DNA of 64,000 nucleotides, from the NCBI GenBank assembly GCA_964489425.1, contig CAZAYP010000007.1, positions 17,190 to 81,189 of the forward strand. The letters are read 5' to 3'. Positions 19,266-27,115 of this stretch are shown here, in pieces. Source of the DNA: an uncultured Verrucomicrobiota bacterium (GTDB taxonomy: Bacteria > Verrucomicrobiota > Kiritimatiellia > RZYC01 > CAZAYP01). Below the pieces are notes generated by a model. It searched no databases and was not told the origin of the DNA. It worked only from the letters and a program-made list of their open reading frames with translations. The translations under genes were made by a program, and so were the position numbers. The stretch's first letter is position 1. Every line of letters begins with the position of its first letter.

Positions 19266-19814
19266 ATGAACACCCCCCTTGAAATCATCCAGGCGGTCTG
19301 CCAGGCGCTGCGCGCCCACGGGATCGAACCCTTGCTGATCGGCGGGTTCGCGGTTAATCATTACGGGTATACCCGCGCGACATTGGACGTGGATTTCATG
19401 ACCGCCAGCGATCAGCGCGCGACCGTCTGCCGGGCCTTGAAGGCAGCGGGCTTCACGAACATGGACCAGCACGACAATGTTGTGTTCTTCAGCCGGCCGG
19501 AGTACCCCATGCGCGTTGATGTTTTGCAGGTGGATAGCGCGACAATGGGCGAACTTATGACCCGTGCAGTCGAAGTGCGTCATGCGCAGGTGGCAGTGAA
19601 AATACCGGCGCTGGAAGATTTGCTGGCCATGAAGCTGTTTGCGCTCAAGCAGGGCGGGGATCGCCGGGTGCACAAGGATTTGCCGGATGTCGCCAACCTG
19701 GTTGTGGCGAATGAGGTGGACATAGAACAGCCCCTGCGCTCATTGTGCCTGCGCTTTGCCGATGAAGAGATATATCGCAAGGTGGTTGCGGAAATCAAAC
19801 TGTTGCGGGCCTGA
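19266..19814 (+). CDS. nucleotidyltransferase-fold protein (AbiEii/DUF-type NTase toxin-like), solo
   Basis: 'LLIGGFAVNHYGYTRATLDVDF' is the Gly-rich loop plus DxD of the pol-beta NTase superfamily. 182 aa. Located inside the cassette bracketed by the 591-bp repeats. Confidence 0.5.
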   Translation: MNTPLEIIQAVCQALRAHGIEPLLIGGFAVNHYGYTRATLDVDFMTASDQRATVCRALKAAGFTNMDQHDNVVFFSRPEYPMRVDVLQVDSATMGELMTRAVEVRHAQVAVKIPALEDLLAMKLFALKQGGDRRVHKDLPDVANLVVANEVDIEQPLRSLCLRFADEEIYRKVVAEIKLLRA

Positions 19815-20068
19815 CAAGGAATGAAATTTCCCGTGATATCCGGTTCGGAGCCCAGGCCCGGCGCGCTGGGATTCAAAGAATATGCGGATTGGGTGGGGCA
19901 AGTGCTGGCGCAGGCCAACGCGCGCAACATCCTCGCGCAGAAGACGCGCGAGGAGAGAATCGAGCACCGCTTCTGCCTGGCGCCACGCACGCGCCCGGCC
20001 CAGCCGCAAAACCCGCAAGGCGCCGCCTATTGAGCGACTTGCGGTTTGTAACCATGCCTCGACCGCGG

Positions 20069-20347
20069 GACGGTGGGGCGGACTCCGCCGCGGGCCGGTC
20101 GACGGTGGCATATCCCGCAGCGCTGTCTTGGATGACGTGGAAACTGTATTGGACGCTGCCTCCCGCCATCCGGCCCGGTTTGCGCATTTTGCGCGGGTAC
20201 TTGGTGGATGCCTTCCGGCAGGATGCCATCAACCATCCGGAATCGCGCTGCAAACAATGGCTTGCGGCCATCCTGCCCTGGATCCTGACGTTGCGGCTGC
20301 GCCTGTCTCACATGAAATCAAGGGAGAAGATCGATGGCAGTCCATAA
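20069..20347 (+). pseudogene. duplicated 3' fragment (93 codons) of the 790-aa polysaccharide biosynthesis gene
   Basis: Translation '…DGGADSAAGRSTVAYPAALSWMTWKLYW…MKSREKIDGSP' is identical to the C-terminus of 15914..18286. The upstream part of ORF 19889..20347 is unrelated. Confidence 0.7.
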
Positions 20348-20659
20348 TAACGGTGGCCGGCCTTGGCGTTGGTTCGGGGGTGCGGTCGTGTGGGTATTCA
20401 AGCATATCGGCTACGATCGTCTTGCCCGCTTGTACCATGTCTGCCGCATCCGAGACCGCGCTTGGATGGATGGATTCCTACGCTTCCTTCTTAACAACGA
20501 GAAGCCAGAGAACCCCTTGGGCCGGAGTTTTGTTCAGCATTTCTTCAAGGATGAACTGCAGCAGACTGTGGCAAGATGGATCGGCCCGACCGATGTTGAT
20601 GTCTTGCGCCAACTGGAAGAAATCCCCAGCGAAACCACGATCCGGGAGCGTCATTTTCT
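20069..20659. repeat. 591-bp direct repeat, copy 2
   Basis: Identical to 18008..18598. Confidence 0.95.
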
Positions 20660-21605
20660 CTGGTCCTATTTTGCCAACGCCTGGTCGGGACATGGCGACA
20701 TCGTCGAGATTGGGTCTTTCTTGGGGGGCACTACGCGGGCGATCGCCCTGGGGATGATGGCTAATTGTCGCCGCGACCCCACGGCGCGCCTGCACACCTA
20801 TGACCGGTTTGCCAGTTACTACGATCGCGCCGCGTTGCAGAAGTTTGCCGCGCCGCTGGTAGAGCGCGGAGCGATCCGTGCCGCACAACTTGAGGCGCTA
20901 GGGCCCAAGGCGGAGTTTCGCGGCTTGTTTGATGCCATTCACCATGACACTTCCTATGGGTCCTTGCTGGTTGTGCACAATCAGCCGCTCCCCGGCAGTC
21001 CGGAGGAGGATCGCGCGGGCCTGCGGTTCTCATTGGCGCAGGTTCGCGCGCCCGAAGCTTTCTTTGTTGATGGGTGCAAGTCATGGTATGGGACAAAGGT
21101 GTTCATGCGCGAAAGTTGCCGCTCGGCGCAACCCGGGGCGGTTTTTATTTTTCAGGATTACCTGCAATACACCTGCTTTTGGCTGCCGGCGTTTGTGGAA
21201 ACCTTTGCCGGGTGCTTCCGACTGATGGCCACCGTGGATTGTACCTGCGCGTTTCAGTTGCTGGCGCCATTGGCGCCAGACGAGATTCAAGCGGAATTTC
21301 CGGACAGCCCGGAAGCCTGGCCGGAAGGTAGGGTGGACGCCATCTTCGGCCACCTTGTGAGCCGTTCGGATCGTGCCCAAGCTCATGAAGCGAAGGTCAA
21401 ACAGACGATACAATGGGCGGCGGTCCACGCCTATGCGGGCCGTGGGGATCGTGCTGTTGCCATGTTGGATTCACTGCTTGCGGCGCCGGAAGCGGAAGAT
21501 TTCGCAACGCTTCTTGCCTCGGCCAGGTTGGCTCCCACCTATCGGCCGAATGGTGACTTGGTCCGGTTGCCCGCGCCCCCGGTCCGGCAAGCGGGATCTG
21601 CCTGA
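20334..21605 (+). CDS. TylF/MycF-like class I methyltransferase-fold protein, 423 aa (intact copy)
   Basis: 'GDIVEIGSFLGGTTRAIALG…LHTYDRFASYY…FFVDGCKS…FIFQDY' resembles the macrocin O-MTase family layout. Confidence 0.5.
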   Translation: MAVHNNGGRPWRWFGGAVVWVFKHIGYDRLARLYHVCRIRDRAWMDGFLRFLLNNEKPENPLGRSFVQHFFKDELQQTVARWIGPTDVDVLRQLEEIPSETTIRERHFLWSYFANAWSGHGDIVEIGSFLGGTTRAIALGMMANCRRDPTARLHTYDRFASYYDRAALQKFAAPLVERGAIRAAQLEALGPKAEFRGLFDAIHHDTSYGSLLVVHNQPLPGSPEEDRAGLRFSLAQVRAPEAFFVDGCKSWYGTKVFMRESCRSAQPGAVFIFQDYLQYTCFWLPAFVETFAGCFRLMATVDCTCAFQLLAPLAPDEIQAEFPDSPEAWPEGRVDAIFGHLVSRSDRAQAHEAKVKQTIQWAAVHAYAGRGDRAVAMLDSLLAAPEAEDFATLLASARLAPTYRPNGDLVRLPAPPVRQAGSA

Positions 21606-21762
21606 TCCGTTGGCCAGTCCCCCGGGGCCACGCCGCCGGGAACATGGCCGCTGACCCGGGCCACTCAACGCCTGCGCAACACTACTGCGGTCTGGTATCC
21701 GTAGGCTTCCGGGTGAGTTCCCAAGACTTCAAAGTATGGCGATACCATAGGGGACAGCGTTC

Positions 21763-21775
21763 GGGGGGGGGGGGG
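21763..21775. repeat. homopolymeric G13 tract in 498-bp intergenic region upstream of GT2 gene
   Basis: 'ttcggggggggggggggcgcc' read directly. It is the longest homopolymer in the window. Confidence 0.9.
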
Positions 21776-22102
21776 CGCCTGGGGCAGGCAGTACGCTGGC
21801 GCGTTCTTTTGGTAAGCCAGGAAGTCTACCTGATGAACCAACCGCGGCACATTTTCGCCAGGTAGCCATCCAGATCGTCCGGCCATCCAAGCTTGGCCGA
21901 CAGCCACGCATCTAATTTCCGTTTGATGGCGCGTTTGACGCAACTCAACATGGTTCAACCCATTCCTGTTTCTGGCTGTTTTCGCCGTGGCCAGCAAACG
22001 GACATATCCGGACTCATGGCGTGACGGTAAGGCACTCAGGATAGGGGTGTCAAGTTCCTGGTTCAACGACGTGAACGGTGGATGGATGCGCGTGAGATCG
22101 GT

Positions 22103-23077
22103 ATGAAGAGCATTGCCTGTATCATAGCCACCCACAACATGGCGCAGTACTTGGGGGCCGCGGTGGATAGCGTGTTGCGGCAGTCCCGGCGGGCCAGCGA
22201 GATCGTCGTGGTGGATGATGCCAGCACGGACGATACCGCGATGCAGGCCGCGGCGCTGGGTGGGTGCATCACCTATCTGCGAAACGAGACCAACCAAGGG
22301 CGCGGGTATAGCTGCAATCTGGCCGCCGCCCAAACCGCTGCGGATTACTTGGCATTCCTGGATGCAGATGATTTGTGGGAGGCGGATCATCTGGCAGATC
22401 TTGCCGGGTTGCTGGATCGCCACGAAGCGGCGGCTGTGGCGTTCTGTCCGGCGCGATATTTTGGCACTCGGGAAGGCCGGTGGCCGCCGGTATCCAGTCC
22501 CTGCGAAGGCAGGGTCGCCAACATGTTCCAGCACCAGCTGCGCGCCAGCTATCTTATTCCATCCTGTACCGTGCTTCGTAAAAGCGCCTTCCAGTCCGTG
22601 GCTGGGTTTCAACCCATCCGGGAGCATTACCGGGGAAAGGAAGTGCTTTCGGATGATTACGACCTCTTTTTGCGCCTGTCTGTACGGTATCTTTTTATCA
22701 GTTCGCCACATCCCACAACGCGCTACCGTTGGCATGCGGGGCAGTCCAGCGTTTATCACACGCCCCAGATGATTGCGGTGATGAAATATGCCTTGCGGAT
22801 GCTGGAGCAGGACCCCATCATCCGGTCAAGGACGGACTTGCAAGTGATGGCCCGCGACCGGATCTTAATGCATTGGGAAAGTATGCTGGAAGAGGCGTGG
22901 GCCGGGCGCCAATGGGTGGAGTATTTCCGCTTTGTCCGCTATGGCCGCCGGCAACCAATGCTGCGGGACGTGACCTGGAATCATCGCACGGTTCACGGTT
23001 TGTCCAAATGCATCCGGAAGTGTCTGGACAATGTAGCGCAACGCGCCGGGATTAGGCGAACGCCTTCTGAGCGATAG
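22103..23077 (+). CDS. family 2 glycosyltransferase
   Basis: 'IACIIATHNMAQYLGAAVDSVLRQ…EIVVVDDASTDDT…FLDADDLW' contains the GT-A DxD and DAD motifs. Confidence 0.75.
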   Translation: MKSIACIIATHNMAQYLGAAVDSVLRQSRRASEIVVVDDASTDDTAMQAAALGGCITYLRNETNQGRGYSCNLAAAQTAADYLAFLDADDLWEADHLADLAGLLDRHEAAAVAFCPARYFGTREGRWPPVSSPCEGRVANMFQHQLRASYLIPSCTVLRKSAFQSVAGFQPIREHYRGKEVLSDDYDLFLRLSVRYLFISSPHPTTRYRWHAGQSSVYHTPQMIAVMKYALRMLEQDPIIRSRTDLQVMARDRILMHWESMLEEAWAGRQWVEYFRFVRYGRRQPMLRDVTWNHRTVHGLSKCIRKCLDNVAQRAGIRRTPSER

Positions 23078-23079
23078 TT

Positions 23080-26000
23080 ATGCGCATAACCTTGGCCTTT
23101 AGACAGAGTATCCGGCTTCTGGTGTTCGGTTGGGTTTGTTCGGCGCTCGGGGCGGTCGATCACTACGTGGCATCTCAAGGAGCGCATGTCGCGCCGTTTT
23201 TAAACTGGGAGCAGGCCGCCACCAACATCCAGGACGCGCTGAATGCGGCCGGGCCGGGCGAGGTGGTGTGGGTGACCAACGGCGTGTACCGTCTGGGGCA
23301 AATGCTCCAATGCACGAATAGTGTTGTCCTGCGCTCGGTGAACGGCCGCGATGCCGTGGCGCTGGATGGCAACTATCCGACGTTGACATCCAATGCGGTG
23401 TTCCTGAATCGGGGAACGTTGGATGGCTTCACCATCACGAATGCGGGGGGGCACGGTGTCAAATGCGAGTTTGGCGCGGTCGTGAATTGCCGTGTCACGG
23501 GCGCGTGGGGGAACGGGATCGACAGCGCCACGGCGCCGCGGGTCAATACTAATGCCACGCTCATTGTAACTAACACCCTCGTCGACAACAGCGGGGCCGC
23601 CGGCGTGGCGTCCGCGGCGGTCAACACCGTGCTCGATCACTGCGAGGTTACCCGCTCCGCCGGCTGCGGAATCCTGCTTGTGCACGCAGACTCCACGGGT
23701 ACGTCACTGTTGCCGCGCATGACCAATGCGTTGGTGCGGGCCTGCCATGTGTCCGAGAACCAGGACAGCGGCATCGGATGTGCGGTCTATTGGTATGTCG
23801 CCGCAAAGCCAACGATCCCGATGTTGATCGAGGATTGCGTCATCGAAAACAACGTCGGCAGCCGTGGCGGCGGGATCAGCGACTCATGGGGAACGGGCTT
23901 GGACGGGTCTTCCGGCGTGCAGGTCCGCAACTGCACCATCCGCAACAACCGGGCCACGGGCACGGGCGGCGGCGTGTTTTTCCTAAACAACAACCGGGCC
24001 CCGGCCATGATCAATTCGTTCCTGTCCGGGAACGTCGCTTCCAATTATGGCGGCGGCGCGTACCTGGGTGGCGGTACGCTGCGGAACTGTACCCTTATCG
24101 GCAACACGGCGGCCTTGGCCGGCGGGTTGTACGCCGCGTCCGGCAGTATCCTGAACAGCATCGTGTACCACAATGCGGCGCGCAGCTCTGAAAATTCTTC
24201 CGGAGGCAGCTTCGGCTACTGCTGCACTACACCGGCCCGCGCCGGCACAGGGAACATCACCAACGCACCGTACGTCGTGGGGCCCAGCAACGCTCACGTG
24301 GTCACTGGTTCAGCCTGCATCGATGCGGGGAACATCGTATATGCCGAGGGCGACTTTGATTTTGACGGCGAGCCGCGCATCTGGGGCAACAACGTGGACA
24401 TCGGCTGCGATGAATATTATGACGCCGGCCTGACTGGCGCCATCACCGCAGCCATCAGCATGGATTACAACAAGGCCGTGGCGCCCAGCCCGTTGCAGTT
24501 TGTGGCCCGGATGAACGGCAAGCTGGAAGGCTTTGTTTGGGAGTGGGGCGATGGGCAAAGCATGACGAATATCTTTGGCCCGGCCCATGCGTACAGCCTG
24601 CCAGGAGATTACCCCGTGCTCCTCACGGCATGGAACAAGAGTATGAGCACCTCGTTGACGGCCATGGTGTACGTGTACCCCGGATATACGAACTACGTGG
24701 CGGTGGATGGCCCCGGGCTTTGGCCATTCACCAACTGGGCCATGGCCGCGGGCGATATCCAGGCCGCTGTCAACGACAACATCCCGGGCGGGGTGGTGGT
24801 CGTGTCCAACGGGATCTATGCGCTGGGCGAAGCCACCGTGGGGAACCTGCGCGCGCGAGTCTACGTGCCGGTGGCGCTCGCGGTGCAAAGCGTCAACGGT
24901 CCGGACCGAACCGTCATCATGGGGGCTGGGCCGGTGGGTACCTCCGCCATCCGCTGCGCGTATCTGGAGGCCGGGGCGCGCTTGCTGGGGTTCACGCTGA
25001 CCAATGGTCACACCCTGGTCGACAGCTTGATCGGTGATGAAATCAACGGCGGTGGCGCCTGGTGCCAGGGGGGGGCATCTCTGTCCAACTGCGTGGTCAC
25101 GGGGTGCGCTGCGGGCCAGCACGGCGGCGGGGTGTCCGGCGGCACGCTGAAACAATGCGCGCTGGTGGGCAACGTGGCGGGCGTCAACGGCGGCGGTGCC
25201 TCCAGTGTCACGGCCCTGGTGTGCGAGGTGCGCGCCAACACGGCCCTGGCCGACGGCGGCGGGCTCCACGGCAGCGTGGCCCGGAAGTGTCGGATCCTGG
25301 ACAACACGGCTTGCAGCGAGGGCGGTGGGGCCTATGCGGGGTTGCTCGAGAATTGCCTGGTGGTCAGCAACCTGGCGGACTATGGCGGCGGCGCGACTTG
25401 GACCACCAACATCCACTGCACGATTGTCGCCAACCAAGCGGCCACCCTTGGCGGAGGGGTGTACAAGTGCAACCACCTGAACTCGATCGTCTATTTCAAC
25501 CACGCCTTGCAGGGTTGGGATAACTACTTCAACAGCATCTGCCGCTACACTTGCACGACTCCGGATCCCCAGGCCGAAGGCAGCCTGACGAATGCGCCAA
25601 ACCTGTGGCTCGCTGGTCCGGCGGCGTATCATCTCCAGCCCGATTCGCCATGCTTGGACGTGGGGCTGCCCGGCCTCGCGGCCATCGATCTGGATGGCGC
25701 GCCCCGGCCACTCGCGGGCCGGTTGGGTGGGGCACCGGGCTACGACCTGGGGGCCTATGAGTATGGCCCGGTGCAGTACGTGGCTACGAATGGTGGTGCG
25801 GCCTGGCCGTACACCGCGTGGGCCATGGCGGCGCGGGACATTCAGTCCGCCGTGGATGCCGGGGCGGGCGGTTGCTTGGTGCTCGTGTCCAATGGCGTCT
25901 ATGCCGGGGGCGGCAGGTCCCTGGGCTCCGGGCCAACCAACCGTGTGACCGTGACGAATGCCGTCACCGTGGCCAGCGTCCATGGCCCGGTCGCCACGCG

Positions 26001-27012
26001 CATTGTTGGCCAGGGGCCGGCCGGCGATGCGGCCATTCGTTGCGTCTACCTTGGCCCAGGCGCCGTGATGGCGGGGTTCGTGATTACCAACGGCCACACG
26101 CTCACCAACGGCGATCCGGTTTTAGCGCAGTCTGGGGGCGGGGTGTGGGCCGATGGCACGGCCCTGATATCCAACTGTGTCGTCAGCGGAAATTCCGCGG
26201 CAGATGCCGGCGGCGGCGCGTACCAGGGCCGGATCGTGAATAGCCTGCTGGTGGGCAACCGCGCCGACCGTGGGGGGGGCGCGGCATCCGCCAACCTCTT
26301 GCATTGCACGGTGGCCGCCAACTCCGCAGTCTTGGGGGGCGGCCTGTCGGCCGCCGTGGCCACCAACTGTGTGGTCTATTTTAACTCAGGCGGCAACGTG
26401 ACCAATTCTGAATTCAGCTATGGCTGCACCACGCCCGCCGCGACCGGACCCGGTAACTTGACCAATGACCCGCAGTTTGCCGGTTTTGCGGCCGGCGATT
26501 ACCGCCTGCTGGCTGACTCCCCGGCCATAGACGCCGGCGTAAGCAATAGCTTGGCGGTCGATTTTAATGGTCTGCCGCGCCCGCTGGACGGCAACAACGA
26601 CGGGGTGTCCGGATGGGATATGGGGCCGTATGAAGTGATGAATCCGCTGGCCGACTCGGACCATGATCGCCTCACCGATACCAACGAATGGTATGGCATT
26701 GGCACTGACCCGAGCCGTGCAGACACTGATGGTGACTTCATGGGCGATGGCGCCGAGGTGATTGCCGGCACCAACCCGCTAAACAGCAACAGCTTTTTTG
26801 CCATCCGCGAGGTGGCTGCGGTTCAGAATGGCCGGCCGGTGGTTCTGTGGAATGGCGTGGCGGGTCGCTTCTATGCGGTGTACGCCGCCGACACTCCGAC
26901 CGGCGTCTGGACCAACCTGGCCACGAACCTGGCTGGCGCCAGTTCCATGACTTGGACCAATACCGACAATCCAGACCGTCGGATATTCAGGCTGGGGGTG
27001 CGGCGGCCTTGA
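23080..27012 (+). CDS. secreted right-handed parallel beta-helix repeat protein with PKD domain and C-terminal TSP3-type calcium-binding repeats, 1310 aa
   Basis: Signal peptide 'MRITLAFRQSIRLLVFGWVCSALGAV'. It has three ~400-aa modules, each starting '…YVA(S/V/T)…W…T/NW(A/E)…DIQ.AV(N/D)' and ending 'NAP…G…Y.L...SP.iDaG'. The 'WEWGDGQS…' PKD segment and 'DSDHDRLTDTNEWYGIGTDPSRADTDGDFMGDGAEVIAGTNP' are also present. Confidence 0.7.
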   Translation: MRITLAFRQSIRLLVFGWVCSALGAVDHYVASQGAHVAPFLNWEQAATNIQDALNAAGPGEVVWVTNGVYRLGQMLQCTNSVVLRSVNGRDAVALDGNYPTLTSNAVFLNRGTLDGFTITNAGGHGVKCEFGAVVNCRVTGAWGNGIDSATAPRVNTNATLIVTNTLVDNSGAAGVASAAVNTVLDHCEVTRSAGCGILLVHADSTGTSLLPRMTNALVRACHVSENQDSGIGCAVYWYVAAKPTIPMLIEDCVIENNVGSRGGGISDSWGTGLDGSSGVQVRNCTIRNNRATGTGGGVFFLNNNRAPAMINSFLSGNVASNYGGGAYLGGGTLRNCTLIGNTAALAGGLYAASGSILNSIVYHNAARSSENSSGGSFGYCCTTPARAGTGNITNAPYVVGPSNAHVVTGSACIDAGNIVYAEGDFDFDGEPRIWGNNVDIGCDEYYDAGLTGAITAAISMDYNKAVAPSPLQFVARMNGKLEGFVWEWGDGQSMTNIFGPAHAYSLPGDYPVLLTAWNKSMSTSLTAMVYVYPGYTNYVAVDGPGLWPFTNWAMAAGDIQAAVNDNIPGGVVVVSNGIYALGEATVGNLRARVYVPVALAVQSVNGPDRTVIMGAGPVGTSAIRCAYLEAGARLLGFTLTNGHTLVDSLIGDEINGGGAWCQGGASLSNCVVTGCAAGQHGGGVSGGTLKQCALVGNVAGVNGGGASSVTALVCEVRANTALADGGGLHGSVARKCRILDNTACSEGGGAYAGLLENCLVVSNLADYGGGATWTTNIHCTIVANQAATLGGGVYKCNHLNSIVYFNHALQGWDNYFNSICRYTCTTPDPQAEGSLTNAPNLWLAGPAAYHLQPDSPCLDVGLPGLAAIDLDGAPRPLAGRLGGAPGYDLGAYEYGPVQYVATNGGAAWPYTAWAMAARDIQSAVDAGAGGCLVLVSNGVYAGGGRSLGSGPTNRVTVTNAVTVASVHGPVATRIVGQGPAGDAAIRCVYLGPGAVMAGFVITNGHTLTNGDPVLAQSGGGVWADGTALISNCVVSGNSAADAGGGAYQGRIVNSLLVGNRADRGGGAASANLLHCTVAANSAVLGGGLSAAVATNCVVYFNSGGNVTNSEFSYGCTTPAATGPGNLTNDPQFAGFAAGDYRLLADSPAIDAGVSNSLAVDFNGLPRPLDGNNDGVSGWDMGPYEVMNPLADSDHDRLTDTNEWYGIGTDPSRADTDGDFMGDGAEVIAGTNPLNSNSFFAIREVAAVQNGRPVVLWNGVAGRFYAVYAADTPTGVWTNLATNLAGASSMTWTNTDNPDRRIFRLGVRRP

Positions 27013-27115
27013 ACAACGAAGAAAGCATCAGTGTGTGCAGCCAATACCGGTCGATTCCCTCCCACTCCAAGGATTTCTGTTGCGGAGCCCGTGGTGCGCA
27101 TTTTAAGAACAATGC

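Noticed and set aside
19889-20347. 152-aa ORF ending with the duplicated transferase C-terminus (and 19882..20757 in another frame)
   Set aside because: Only the last 93 codons are real coding sequence, duplicated from the 790-aa gene. The upstream part has no support, so it is treated as a pseudogene fragment.
21826-21951. 41-aa minus-strand small ORF in the GT2 upstream intergenic region
   Set aside because: No RBS, no conservation evidence, and too short to call from sequence alone.
21665-22759. 364-aa minus-strand ORF overlapping the GT2 gene and the G13 intergenic region
   Set aside because: The plus strand encodes an unambiguous GT-A glycosyltransferase (DxD). The minus-strand product is low-complexity.
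24310-26097. 595-aa minus-strand ORF antisense to the beta-helix protein
   Set aside because: Repeats in the sense gene generate long open antisense frames. The product is a Gly/Arg/Ala/His-rich homopolymer-like sequence.
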